DNA of 64,000 nt from Myxococcota bacterium (GCA_965250285.1 OZ252299.1:3392001-3456000), one strand, 5' to 3'. Numbered from the stretch's first letter, positions 30,009 to 40,357 are shown. The notes: a model not told the origin generated them from the letters alone. A program made the numbers and translations.

Positions 30009-31493
30009 TCACCCGTTCATGTTCGCCAGCAGATCTGATGCACTGGCGGAACGATCGAGAAGGTCTTCGACCATCGCGCGCGTGCCCTTCAACGGCTCGG
30101 ACATCATCACGCGCTTGATCGGCTCATCTTCGAACCCGAACGAGATCGAGTCCCAGTTGACGCCGAAGACTTCACCCGTGTAGCGGCGCAGACACTCGCC
30201 ACGGAAGTACGCGCGCGTGTCGTCGGGCGGGGTAAAGACGGCGGCATTGATTTCTTCGTCGCTCACGATGCGCTCGACCTTGCCCTGGCGCTCGAGCATG
30301 TAGTAGAGGCCCTTGTCGGGTCGCGTGTCGTGGTACTGCAGGTCGAGCATCTGCACCTGCGGTGACTGCCAGTCGAGCTCCTTGCGCTGCATGAAGCTCT
30401 CGATCAGGTTGCGCTTCGCGATCCAGTCGATCTGCTCCACCAGCTCGTTCGGATCGCGCTGCAGGCACGTCATGACGTGCTCCCACTTCTCGACGACGTC
30501 ACGCGTGACGGCATCGACGCCCGTCTTCGCGACGTAGCGCTGCGCCATCTCGAGGTACTCGCATTGCATCTCCACGGCGGTCATGTACTTGCCGTTGTCG
30601 AGGTGCAGCTGGTGCTTGAGCGACGGATCGTGCGAGACCTCCTTGATGCCGCGCACCGGGTCTCGAAGGGCGAGGTCGCGGTCGATCGCGCCGTCTTCGA
30701 TCATCTGCAGAATCAGCGCCGTGACGCCGTTTCGCAGGTAGATCGTGTATTCGCTCATGTTCGAGTCGCCGACGATGACGTGCAGGCGTCGGTACTTGTC
30801 GCGGTCGGCGTGAGGCTCGTCGCGGGTGTTCACGATCGGCCGTTTCACCATCGTGTCCAGTGCGACCTCGGTCTCGAAAAAGTCGGCTCGCTGCGAGATC
30901 TGATAGTCGCAGGGCTGGACACGATTCTCGCTGCCGACCTTGCCCGCGCCACAGTAGACCTGGCGCGTGGTGAAGAACGGCAGCAGGTGCTCGACGATGC
31001 GCTTGAACGACGTGCGGCGATCCATGAGATAGTTCTCATGGCTGCCATAGCTGTTGCCCTTGCGATCGCTGTTGTTCTTGTGGAGAAGCATCTGCGCGCC
31101 ATCGGGCAGCAAGCCATTCGCTTCGCGCCGACTGATCTCGACCACGCGCTCGCCGGCCTTCTCGTGAATCACGAGGTCTCGCGCATTCGTGACCTCGGGA
31201 CACGAGTACTCGGGATGCGCGTGATCGACGTAGTACCGCGCGCCGTTCACCAGCGTCTTGTTGCGTGCGATGTTCTCTTGCTGATTGGGCGTGTACTTCT
31301 CGCCGTCGACCTGGAAGCCACGCGCATCGGCGAGCGGATTCTCCTGCTCGTAGTCCCAGAGAATCGTCCCATCCGGGTCTTCGCGATACGCGTTGACGAG
31401 GAGGACGCAGCTCGAGATCGGGTCGAAGTCGGGATCGTTCTTGACGATGATCCCGTACTCGATCTCTGTGCCCATGACGGTCGGAATGGCCAT
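30009..31493 (-). CDS. dop: Pup deamidase/depupylase
   Basis: VMGTEIEYG, WDYEQENPLADARGF, NGARYYVDHAHPEYS, SYGSHENY, QRADFFE, RAYFRG. Confidence 0.93.
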   Translation of the reverse strand: MAIPTVMGTEIEYGIIVKNDPDFDPISSCVLLVNAYREDPDGTILWDYEQENPLADARGFQVDGEKYTPNQQENIARNKTLVNGARYYVDHAHPEYSCPEVTNARDLVIHEKAGERVVEISRREANGLLPDGAQMLLHKNNSDRKGNSYGSHENYLMDRRTSFKRIVEHLLPFFTTRQVYCGAGKVGSENRVQPCDYQISQRADFFETEVALDTMVKRPIVNTRDEPHADRDKYRRLHVIVGDSNMSEYTIYLRNGVTALILQMIEDGAIDRDLALRDPVRGIKEVSHDPSLKHQLHLDNGKYMTAVEMQCEYLEMAQRYVAKTGVDAVTRDVVEKWEHVMTCLQRDPNELVEQIDWIAKRNLIESFMQRKELDWQSPQVQMLDLQYHDTRPDKGLYYMLERQGKVERIVSDEEINAAVFTPPDDTRAYFRGECLRRYTGEVFGVNWDSISFGFEDEPIKRVMMSEPLKGTRAMVEDLLDRSASASDLLANMNG

Positions 31494-31588
31494 CGGCTCT
31501 CCGGTCCCCGCTTCTAGTCCGCCTGCGCTCACCGCGGCCGCGAGAGGCTAACCCACCCACCGCGCATCGGCGGGCAGGCGCCTGCGGC

Positions 31589-31619
31589 CGCCCGATGCCG
31601 GCCATGCCGGCATCGGGCG
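31589..31619. other. Perfect 14-bp intercistronic hairpin between arc and dop
   Basis: CGCCCGATGCCGGC-CAT-GCCGGCATCGGGCG, 7 nt after the arc stop, no U-tract. Confidence 0.8.
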
Positions 31620-31626
31620 TGAGGTT

Positions 31627-33492
31627 TCAGACGTACTGGCCCTGGCCGGCGGCCACGTTCTCGACCATTTCTTCTTTGCGCTCGACGCCCGTGATGAGCG
31701 TGCGGACATTGATGATCCGCTCGCCCTTCCGGCCCGAGATGCGCGCCCAGTCGTCCGGGTTCGTGGTGTTCGGGAGATCCTCGTTCTCCTTGAACTCCTC
31801 GCGCACCGACTCGATCATGTCGACGAGCTTGATGCCTCGCTCCTCGTTCTCGATGAGCCGCTTGACCGCCTTGCGCTTCGCGCGTGCAACGATGTTCTCG
31901 ATCATCGCGCCACTGGCGAAATCCTTGAAGTAGAAGATCTCGCGCTCGCCCTTGGCGTAGGTCACCTCGAGGAACTTCATCTCGTCGCCGGTCGAGTACA
32001 TGTTGTCGATGACCTTGTCGATCAGCGCACGACACGCCGCGGCGTTGTCGGCTCCGCCGTCTGCGCTCTGAGAGGTCGAGAGCGCCGACTCGTGGATCGG
32101 CAGGTCGGGCGTGAGATACTTGCGGAAGATCTCTCGCGCCGAGTCCGCGTCGGGTCGCTGCACCTTGACCTTCAGGTCGAGTCGACCGGGGCGCAGCACC
32201 GCCGGGTCGATCAGATCCTGGCGATTCGATGCACCGATCACGATGACGTTCTCGAGCGATTCGACGCCGTCGATCTCCGAGAGGAACTGAGCGACGACGG
32301 TGGCCTCCATGTCGCTCGAGATGCCGCTGCCGCGCATGCGGAAGAGCGAATCCATCTCGTCGAAGAACACGACCACCGGGATGTCCTGACTCGCCTTCTC
32401 GCGCGCCTTCTTGAACACCTCGCGAATCTTGCTCTCGGTCTCGCCGACGTACTTGTTGAGCAGCTCGGGACCCTTGACGTTCAAGAAGTACGCCGTCGTC
32501 GTCTTGCCCGTGCGTTCCTCGAACTTCTTGGCCAGAGCGTTCGCCACCGCCTTCGCGATCAGCGTCTTGCCGCAGCCGGGCGGGCCGTAGAGCAGGATGC
32601 CCTTCGGCGGCTTCAGCTGGTGCTCGGCGAACACGTCGGGGTGCAGGTAGGGCAGCTCGACCGAGTCGCGCAGGATCTCGATCTGGTCGCCCAGGCCGCC
32701 GATGTCCTCGTACGTGACGTCCGGCACCTCCTCGAGCATCACCTCTTCGACCGCCGACTTCGGCATCTTCTCGAGGGCGTAGAGCGTTCGCGTGTCGATC
32801 ATCAGGTGATCGCCCACGCGGATCTTCTCGCTCCGCAGCGGCTCGGAGAGGGTCACGACCCGCTCGTCGTCGGCATGGCCCATCACCAGCACCCGATTCT
32901 CGCTGACGAAGTCGGAGACGGTGACGACCTCGCCGCGCTGGGTGTAGCCCGAGGCCTCGACGACGTTGAACGCCTCGTTGAGAACCACGAGCTGGCCCTC
33001 TTCGAGCTGGAACGGATCGAGGTTGGGATGTGTGTTGACGCGCATCGGCCGACCGTCGACGACGATCTCGCTGGTGCCGTCCTTGTTCGCCCGCGTGAAG
33101 ATCCCGTAGGTGTTCGGCGGCGCGCAGAGCTTGTCGACCTCTTCCTTCAAGAGCTCGATCTGCTGCTTGGCCTCCTGGAGCATCGCGACCAGCTTCTCGT
33201 TCTGTCGCTCGGCATCGCGCACCTGGGTGCGACTCTGCTCGTAGCGGCGTCGAAGCGTTTCGAAGTCGGCGAGCACGCGATCGAGGCGATGCCGGAACTC
33301 GGACGAATCACTCCCGAAGAAGCGCATCGCGTCTTCGAGGTGCTCGAGCTCACTTTGCGCACGGGGCTCAGAGGGACCGGGACCCTCGGGTCCGTCCTCC
33401 GCCGAGGGCGGTGTGGCGGGGTTGATCCGCCGCATCACGTCTCGGACGAAGCCCTTCCGACCGTTGCCCGAACCGGAATCGTTCTCGCTCAT
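31627..33492 (-). CDS. arc: Proteasome AAA ATPase ARC/Mpa
   Basis: Coiled coil ending [76 protein letters not shown]-terminal GQYV. Confidence 0.97.
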   Translation of the reverse strand: MSENDSGSGNGRKGFVRDVMRRINPATPPSAEDGPEGPGPSEPRAQSELEHLEDAMRFFGSDSSEFRHRLDRVLADFETLRRRYEQSRTQVRDAERQNEKLVAMLQEAKQQIELLKEEVDKLCAPPNTYGIFTRANKDGTSEIVVDGRPMRVNTHPNLDPFQLEEGQLVVLNEAFNVVEASGYTQRGEVVTVSDFVSENRVLVMGHADDERVVTLSEPLRSEKIRVGDHLMIDTRTLYALEKMPKSAVEEVMLEEVPDVTYEDIGGLGDQIEILRDSVELPYLHPDVFAEHQLKPPKGILLYGPPGCGKTLIAKAVANALAKKFEERTGKTTTAYFLNVKGPELLNKYVGETESKIREVFKKAREKASQDIPVVVFFDEMDSLFRMRGSGISSDMEATVVAQFLSEIDGVESLENVIVIGASNRQDLIDPAVLRPGRLDLKVKVQRPDADSAREIFRKYLTPDLPIHESALSTSQSADGGADNAAACRALIDKVIDNMYSTGDEMKFLEVTYAKGEREIFYFKDFASGAMIENIVARAKRKAVKRLIENEERGIKLVDMIESVREEFKENEDLPNTTNPDDWARISGRKGERIINVRTLITGVERKEEMVENVAAGQGQYV

Positions 33493-33556
33493 TGCGCCGT
33501 CTCCTCGTAGGGGTCCCTTCGATCACCGATGGGGCCGCTCTCTCTCCCCTGGTCTA

Positions 33557-33572
33557 TGCGAGGGCCGTGCCA
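33557..33572 (-). promoter_or_regulatory. Sigma54-type -24/-12 promoter candidate
   Basis: Minus strand TGGCACG-GCCC-TCGCA versus consensus TGGCACG-N4-TTGCW; exact GG-N10-GC spacing; 65 nt before arc start. Confidence 0.7.
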
Positions 33573-34005
33573 AACTCGACTGCGGGCCCGGAATTCCAAC
33601 CAAGGCGGAGCGCTTGCACCTTGGCGGTCCGGGGGGGGAGCCGCGCAGTCGCCTTGCGACCCAGCAGCAGCGTCGAGCCAGCGGGAACGCCTCGAGGCTG
33701 CGTACGCGCCGCTCAGGGCCCGTGCAGCCATGCTCTCGAGCTCTCTCGCACACGAGCCCGAGCCATTTTTCAGCGGGGGGATCAGGTCTTCGGCCGTCCT
33801 GCAAGTCCCTGTCGGTGCGCTGAAAAGCAGCATCCCGTGAGATGCGCGGACGGCGCGCTCGTCGTTTCTGAACGCTTGCGCGAGGGGCAGCGGCCCTCTC
33901 GGTGGCCTCAGCGGCCAGGAGCACAACGACATCTTCGGACGACAGCTGGATCGGCGGCTTGAAACGTCGAACCTCTCGGAATCTCGCGTCTTTTGAGCTG
34001 ACTTA

Positions 34006-34033
34006 AGGGTACTGGCGATCGCCATCGTGTCAA
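34006..34033 (-). promoter_or_regulatory. Sigma70-type promoter candidate facing arc
   Basis: Minus strand TTGACA-16 nt-TACCCT in a locally AT-richer stretch. Confidence 0.5.
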
Positions 34034-34402
34034 CCACACTACACACGCACGTGACTCGCTAAGCCACCGTTTCAAAACCGCTTTATGCTGGCGCGACGGC
34101 CTGCCGGAAGTCGCCGTGCCAGCCTCCTATAAGTGAGTTGCCGAAACCACGGTCGAGGTGCCGCACAACGCGCACCTTCCGCCGAAAAACGTCGCCACGG
34201 AACGAAGTGCTGCGCGGCGCCGCATCGGGCGGCGGGCGCGCCCAGCACCGATTTCGACGGATTTCGAACGGGTGGCGTCGGGTTCCGAACGTTCCCCGGG
34301 GCCGCCCGAGGCCGCAAAGCCTTGCAGGCGACGGCCCGCGACCGCAGCGTTTGGGGTCAAATGAGCAAGGCGACGGCGCCGTGAGGGCGGCCGAGCGGCG
34401 CT

Positions 34403-35236
34403 CTAGGGGCCCGAAGCGTCGCCCCCGGCGATGCCCGGCTCGAGATCGACGACCCGGACACCCTCGACGGCCTGCCACTCGAATCGACTGGCGGGCGGCT
34501 TCTGGTCGAAGCGCACGTCGGCGAAGCGCAGCTCGGTCACGTTGCCGAAGAGATCGAAGATCGTCGTGCCGACGACGACCGAGTTCGCGTCGACCGCGAT
34601 CTCCAGCTTCTCGTACGAAGCGTCCTGTCTCGGCAGAAGCGCGAGCCGCACCCGGTCGGCCTCACAGCCCGCGAGATCGACCTCGAACGCGTCGGCGATC
34701 GCGCCTTCGCCGAGCAGAAACTGGAGCGCCGCCCCGGCGAGGTACCCCGAGGTCACCTGCGCGCGCGTCACCTCTCGGGCCGGCACGTCGTAGATCCAGA
34801 GCGTCTGGCCGTTCGAGAGCACCAGACTCTCGCGCGGCGCCGCGTAGTGCCAACGCATGCGGCCGGGCTTCGAGATCTGAACCCGCCCCGTCGTGGCCTC
34901 GTCGTCGCCGAGCCCGGCCCCGCCCATCATCACCGAGCGCGTGGTCTGGCTGAATCGGGCCTCGAGGTCGCTGATCGCGTCGTACCGCGCCTGCACGCCG
35001 GCCACGACGGCCTCGACGTCGACCTCCGCACAGGCCGACGCCTCGTCGGCGCGCGCCGCGCCGGGCCACGCAACGAATGTGAGCAGGACGAGCCACAGCA
35101 GGCCGATCGATGCGCGCCGGCCCGACGGCGTCGCTGCGCGTCGGTCGCGCCAGCCCGTCTCGGGCATCGCGGTGGGGGCGTCTCGCATGGCGACGCAGAT
35201 CCTCACAGGCGCTCGGGTCATGGAGCGGTGGGACAC
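34403..35236 (-). CDS. lolA: Outer-membrane lipoprotein carrier LolA (start uncertain)
   Basis: Signal peptide, ARFSQ, SKPGRMRWHY, SNGQTLWIYD; downstream of ftsK. Confidence 0.85.
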   Translation of the reverse strand: MSHRSMTRAPVRICVAMRDAPTAMPETGWRDRRAATPSGRRASIGLLWLVLLTFVAWPGAARADEASACAEVDVEAVVAGVQARYDAISDLEARFSQTTRSVMMGGAGLGDDEATTGRVQISKPGRMRWHYAAPRESLVLSNGQTLWIYDVPAREVTRAQVTSGYLAGAALQFLLGEGAIADAFEVDLAGCEADRVRLALLPRQDASYEKLEIAVDANSVVVGTTIFDLFGNVTELRFADVRFDQKPPASRFEWQAVEGVRVVDLEPGIAGGDASGP

Positions 35237-35282
35237 CGCCGGGCCTCCCCCGGATCACCCGGCCTCGGCACCGGAGAGTGGC

Positions 35283-37787
35283 CTATTCGTCGGCCGCCAG
35301 CTCGCCGCCCTCGCCCTCTTCGGGGTTGGGCAGGAAGATCTCACGCGGCCGCGTACCGACCTGCGGGCCGATCATCCCACTGTGCTCCATCTGCTCGATG
35401 ATGCGAGCTGCGCGGTTGTAGCCGATCTTCAGGCGGCGCTGGATGTACGAGATCGAGGGCTTGCGCGACTCGGCCACGATGGCGACGGCCTGATCGAACA
35501 TCTCGTCGACCTCCTCGTCGTCGACCTCACCGCCAGCGGTCTCGGGCCCCTGCTCGGTGAATCGGACGAGCTCTTCATCGAAGACCGGCTTGCCCTGCTC
35601 CTTCAGGCAGTCCACCAGCTGCACGACCTCCTTCTCGCTCACGAACGAGCCGTGCACGCGTTGCAGGGTCGAAGTTCCCGGCGGCAGGAACAGCATGTCG
35701 CCCATGCCGAGCAGATTCTCGGCCCCCTTCTGATCGAGGATCGTGCGCGAGTCGGTCGACGACGAGACCTGGAACGAGACGCGCGAAGGGAAGTTCGCCT
35801 TGATGACGCCGGTCAGAACGTCGACGCTCGGGCGCTGGGTCGCGAGCACGAGATGGATGCCGGCCGCGCGCGCCATCTGCGCCAGACGCTGCAGCGACTC
35901 CTCGACCTCCTTGGCCACCATCACCATGAGATCGGCGAGCTCGTCGATCACGACGACGATGTACGGCATCTCGGCCCAGGGCACCTCTTCGGGCTCGCCC
36001 TCGGCGTGCCCCTGCTTGGCCTTCAGCGTGAACGTCTCTTCGCCCTCGGCGATCTTCTCACGCGCCTTCTCGTTGAACTGTTTGATGTTGCGAACCTGCA
36101 CCGAGCTCATCATCTGATATCGCTCTTCCATCTTGCGCACGACGCCCTGCAGCGCAGCCGCGGCCCGCTTCGGGTTGGTCACCACGTCGGCGATGAGATG
36201 GGGCACACCCTCGTAGATCGAGAGTTCGAGCAGCTTCGGGTCGACCAGCAGCAGCTTGAGCTGATCGGGCGTCGCGCGACAGAGCAGCGACGTGAGCAGG
36301 GAATTGAGGAAGACGCTCTTGCCCGTGCCGGTCGAGCCCGCGACGAGCACGTGGGGCATCTTCGCGAGATCGGCCACCACCGGCGCGCCGAAGATGTCCA
36401 TGCCCATCGCGACGGTGAGCGGTGAGTCGTTCTTGCGAAACACATCGGCCTCGAGAACGGTGCGCAGGTACACGATGTCGCGGCTCGCGTTCGGCACCTC
36501 GATACCGACCACGCTCTTGCCCGGCAGCGGCGCGATGATGCGAATCGAGATCGCGCGCAGCGCCATCGTCAGGTCATCCGTCAGGTTGACGATGCGGTTG
36601 ACTTTGATGCCGGCCGCCGGCTCGAACTCGTACATCGTGATCACGGGACCAGGGTGCACGCGCACGACCCGCCCCTCGACGCCGAAGTCGGCGAGCTTCT
36701 TCTCGAGGATCTTCGAGTTCATGAGCAGGCTCTCGCGGTCGTACGACCGCTCACCGCTCTCGGGCTTCGCGAAGATCGAGACGTCGGGCAGCTGGAAGGG
36801 GCCGACCGGGCCTTCCTCACGGAACTCGAACGTCTCCTGCTCGGGCTTGCGCTGCTTCGAGCGTTCTTCCTCGTGATCGACGATGTCGGGCTCGCCCCCG
36901 CGTGCCGTGCGCGGCGCCGGCGCCGGCGCGGCGTCGACCTCGATCGGGCGCGCCTTCTTCGGCGCAGTTTCGGCGGGCTTCGGCGGCTCGGCCTCGGCGA
37001 TGGGGTCTTCGATCTCGGGTCCGCGGCGATCGAGGACTCGCTCGCGGCGGGCCTGCTGCTCTCGCCAGACGCGGAAGCGCGCGGGCCACTCGCGCAGCCA
37101 GTCGACGCTCTGCTCGACACCAGTCGCCACGAAAGCGAGCGCCTGGCGCAGCCCCTGACCGATCCAGAGGGCGCCGGCCGCAGTGACGCGCCCGGTCGCG
37201 GCCGCCGCGCTACCCACGGCCGCCAGCGCTTGGCCGCTCGAGATGCCGACGGCGCCCAGGCCCGCGACCAGGAGCAGAGCACCGTTCACGACGAGCGCGC
37301 CCCAGCTCGACAGCAACAGCGACTCGGCACCACCGAGCTTCGCTCCGAGCCAGCCACCCGAGGCGGCGACGGGGGGCAGCGCGCCGGGAGCGACCCGGCT
37401 GACCAGCTCGGGGAGCGTCGCGCCGACCACCAGGAGCAACCCGCTGGCGATCCAGAAGCGGGAGAGCAGGGGCGGCATGCCGCGGCCGAGCACGAGACGG
37501 CCGCCGACGACGGCGCACGACGCGACGAGCACATAGGCCGCCACGCCGAACGCGCGAACCAGACCGGCCGACAGCGTGGCGCCGATCGCGCCGAGCAGGT
37601 TCTCGACTTCGACCAGCTCGAGCACCGGGTCGTAGGGTGAGTAGGTCGCGAGGGCGAGCGTTGCGATCAGGGCGAAGAAGAGCAGTGCGAGCCCGGCGGC
37701 CTCGGCCCCGACGCTGGCGAGCAGGCCGGGGCCATCGCTGGGCGCTGCGCTCTTGGATCTCGCTCGCTTCGCCGCTGCTCTAGCCAC
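35283..37787 (-). CDS. ftsK: DNA translocase FtsK
   Basis: N-terminal TM segments, PGPVITMYE, MPHVLVAGSTGTGKS, VIDELADL, ATQRPSVDV, QRRLKIGYNRAAR; GTG start estimated. Confidence 0.97.
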   Translation of the reverse strand: MARAAAKRARSKSAAPSDGPGLLASVGAEAAGLALLFFALIATLALATYSPYDPVLELVEVENLLGAIGATLSAGLVRAFGVAAYVLVASCAVVGGRLVLGRGMPPLLSRFWIASGLLLVVGATLPELVSRVAPGALPPVAASGGWLGAKLGGAESLLLSSWGALVVNGALLLVAGLGAVGISSGQALAAVGSAAAATGRVTAAGALWIGQGLRQALAFVATGVEQSVDWLREWPARFRVWREQQARRERVLDRRGPEIEDPIAEAEPPKPAETAPKKARPIEVDAAPAPAPRTARGGEPDIVDHEEERSKQRKPEQETFEFREEGPVGPFQLPDVSIFAKPESGERSYDRESLLMNSKILEKKLADFGVEGRVVRVHPGPVITMYEFEPAAGIKVNRIVNLTDDLTMALRAISIRIIAPLPGKSVVGIEVPNASRDIVYLRTVLEADVFRKNDSPLTVAMGMDIFGAPVVADLAKMPHVLVAGSTGTGKSVFLNSLLTSLLCRATPDQLKLLLVDPKLLELSIYEGVPHLIADVVTNPKRAAAALQGVVRKMEERYQMMSSVQVRNIKQFNEKAREKIAEGEETFTLKAKQGHAEGEPEEVPWAEMPYIVVVIDELADLMVMVAKEVEESLQRLAQMARAAGIHLVLATQRPSVDVLTGVIKANFPSRVSFQVSSSTDSRTILDQKGAENLLGMGDMLFLPPGTSTLQRVHGSFVSEKEVVQLVDCLKEQGKPVFDEELVRFTEQGPETAGGEVDDEEVDEMFDQAVAIVAESRKPSISYIQRRLKIGYNRAARIIEQMEHSGMIGPQVGTRPREIFLPNPEEGEGGELAADE

Positions 37788-38222
37788 GTCGTCCACCCCG
37801 TCCGGACCCGAAAGCGGGTCTGCGGGGGGTGTCTTGGTTCTGAACGTGTGGTCGGTCGAGCGCGCTGTCTGCGTCGGCCCATGCGCGCGACTCGGCCGGG
37901 TGGCCGGGATCGACGCTCGGATCATGGAGCCTCTGCGGGCGCGGCCCGCGCGGGCCTGCCGCACCGTTCACGATGAAACGCTGTTCGACCAGACGGTGCT
38001 CGCGCAGAACACTCGACATCTTCCCTCACCCCCCGGAAAGGGAACCACCCGGCGAGCATACCGGTGGCGCCCCGGACGCGCCATCGACGCGTCGGGGCGC
38101 GCGCGAACCGCGATCGGTCGGGTGCGGGCGCGACCGCGGCCGGATCGAGCCTTGACTGCCCCGAGAGTGGCTGGGATCATCGTTTCTTCATTCCCCCTTT
38201 CGAAGTCCCGATGGAGCCCCCC

Positions 38223-38675
38223 ATGGCCGGAGTAAACAAGGTCATTCTCGTTGGCAATCTCGGTCGCGATCCGGAGCTGCGGTACACGCAGAACGGGCAA
38301 GCGGTCGCGAACTTCACGCTCGCGACGACCGAGAACTGGAACGACAAGAACGGCGAGCGGACCGAACGCACCGAATGGCACCGCATCGTCACGTGGGGGA
38401 AGCTCGCCGAGCTGTGCGCGCAGTACCTCAACAAGGGACGCACGGTGTACGTCGAGGGACGACTGCAGACGCGCGAGTGGGAAGACCGCGAAGGCAACAA
38501 GCGGCAGACCACCGAGATCAATGCTCAGACGGTCAACTTCCTGGGCGGGGGTCGCGGTGAGGGTGGCGGCGGCGGCGCACCGCGCGGGGGCGGCGACGGA
38601 CCGGGCGGAGCCGGTGGCCCGGCAGGAGGTCCGCCCGGCGGCCCGCCCTCGGCCGACGACGACATCCCCTTCTAG
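38223..38675 (+). CDS. ssb: Single-stranded DNA-binding protein
   Basis: [22 protein letters not shown], Gly-rich tail, DDDIPF. Confidence 0.98.
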   Translation: MAGVNKVILVGNLGRDPELRYTQNGQAVANFTLATTENWNDKNGERTERTEWHRIVTWGKLAELCAQYLNKGRTVYVEGRLQTREWEDREGNKRQTTEINAQTVNFLGGGRGEGGGGGAPRGGGDGPGGAGGPAGGPPGGPPSADDDIPF

Positions 38676-38745
38676 AGCGGCCTCGCACGCGACGGCGAAC
38701 CCGTCCATGTGGCCGAGTCGCGATCGGCAATCGCGGAGCGGTGCG

Positions 38746-38808
38746 ACGCGTGCGCGCGGTGGTCACACGCGAGCGCGCGATGGTCATACGCGTGCACCCG
38801 GTGATCGA
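38746..38808. repeat. Degenerate 21-bp tandem repeat x3
   Basis: ACGCGTGCGCGCGGTGGTCAC / ACGCGAGCGCGCGATGGTCAT / ACGCGTGCACCCGGTGATCGA between convergent genes. Confidence 0.75.
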
Positions 38809-38862
38809 CTGTGCGTGAAGCGGGTCTGCGCGGGATGCGGCGGCGCCACGCGCCGCGCGCTC

Positions 38863-39243
38863 TCAGCTCTGGGGCTGGCCGATCCGAAGCGAACGAATCA
38901 GGACGTCGATGCGCGCCCGATCTTCGGGCGAGAGCTCTTCGAACTCGATGCCCATCCCGGGCGGGTTCAGCGCATCACCCGGCGTCACGTGGACGACCCG
39001 GCCAATGGTGCGCACGGTCTCGTCGCTGCCGGGTAGGTTGAAGTGCATCGTGACCTCGGTGCCCTGCAATTGCGGCTTCTCGGTCTCGATGAACAGGCCG
39101 CCCTCGTTGATGTCCCGGGTGAACTCCGAGAACATCTCATCGACCGTCGAGTAGTCGACGCGAACGATGAGCTCCGTGCGCAGGCTGCGCCGTCGCTCCT
39201 CGGCCTCCGAGGCCTCTGCGCTCTCGAAACTGACTCGCGCCAT
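38863..39243 (-). CDS. Stand-alone PilZ-domain protein (myxobacterial TIGR02266-like)
   Basis: ERRRSLR (RxxxR), DINEGGLFI, PPGMGIEF. Confidence 0.85.
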   Translation of the reverse strand: MARVSFESAEASEAEERRRSLRTELIVRVDYSTVDEMFSEFTRDINEGGLFIETEKPQLQGTEVTMHFNLPGSDETVRTIGRVVHVTPGDALNPPGMGIEFEELSPEDRARIDVLIRSLRIGQPQS

Positions 39244-39602
39244 CGTCTGGCTCCGACCGGCGTGCGCCCCGCGCCCCTTGCCGCGTGACAAGGGACCCGG
39301 TCGCGTCCCATCGCACATCGCATCGGCCTCGCGGCCGAAGAACCTGAGCCGGACACCCCCTCGTCGAGGAGGAGCCGCCTGAACGACCTGGGCGACTGAA
39401 ATTCAACGTGGCTGAAAGATTGCGCTCAAGGAGCCCGCACGCCGGCCGATGAACAAGAAGCTTCCGCGGCGCGACGGCGACCCCGCGCGCACCCTGTCGG
39501 GAGCACATTCGAAACGGCGACGTCCAGTGAGGCGCGCCGTTTCGTCGTTTCTGGGCGCCGACGGACGCGGCGGCGGACGTGCAAGTGTGGCCCGAACGCG
39601 CC

Positions 39603-40322
39603 TCATGACAGCGCGCCGGCATCCTCGAGTTGCCCGGCCTCTCGAAAGCTGTAGTAGCCGTCGCCCGCCACGATCACGTGGTCGACGACACGAATGCCCA
39701 CGAGACGACCCGCCGCAGCCAACCGTTCGGTGACGGCGGCGTCTTCAGCACTCGGCGAGGGGTCGCCGCTCGGATGGTTGTGCGCGATCAGGATCGCCGC
39801 CGCGCTCTCGCGGACCGCGAAGCGAAAGACCTCGCGCGGGTGGACCAGGCTCGCCGTCAGGGTTCCGACCGAGACGACATGCTCGGCCCGCATGCGGTGC
39901 CGCGCATCGAGGCCGAACACACGGAACTGCTCGATCTCGAGATCGCGGACGAGCGGACGCAGATACCGATCGACGTCGGACGGTGCTCGAAAGGCAACGC
40001 CGCGCCGCGCGCGCCGCGTCGCGACCCACCGACCGAGCGCGACGGCCGCGACCAGCCGATCGGCGCCGGCCCGGCCGACGCCGGGCAATCGCGAGAGCTC
40101 TTCGGCCGTGGCCCTCGCCAACCCGTCGAGGCCACCCACGCGATCGAGGAGCGCCTCGGCCAGACCGAGCCCACCCGCGCGCCGACGGCGAGGACGCAGC
40201 ACCCGGTGCACGAGCGCGGCGGGTGCGAGGTCGCCGGCGTCGAACTCGCCGGATTCGTCTTCGTGGCTCGCGCCGGCCCGCGCGATCGGCGCGCTGGCGG
40301 TGCGCTCGGACAACGCCTTCAT
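39603..40322 (-). CDS. radC: RadC-like JAB-domain protein
   Basis: HhH-like LPGVG, GTLTASLVHPREVF, HNHPSGDPSPSAED, GIRVVDHVIV. Confidence 0.92.
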   Translation of the reverse strand: MKALSERTASAPIARAGASHEDESGEFDAGDLAPAALVHRVLRPRRRRAGGLGLAEALLDRVGGLDGLARATAEELSRLPGVGRAGADRLVAAVALGRWVATRRARRGVAFRAPSDVDRYLRPLVRDLEIEQFRVFGLDARHRMRAEHVVSVGTLTASLVHPREVFRFAVRESAAAILIAHNHPSGDPSPSAEDAAVTERLAAAGRLVGIRVVDHVIVAGDGYYSFREAGQLEDAGALS

Positions 40323-40357
40323 GAGGAGTCCCGGGGACCGGGGTTGCGCAGCCTATC

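Noticed and set aside
33616..33632. NtrC-type enhancer site TGCACC-N5-GGTCCG
   Set aside because: Only one good half-site, and closer to the -24 element than typical enhancers.
39603..40322. RadC JAB domain as a deconjugase of the Pup system
   Set aside because: It is 6 kb away, separated by core genes; RadC is widespread without Pup, and Dop already supplies depupylation.
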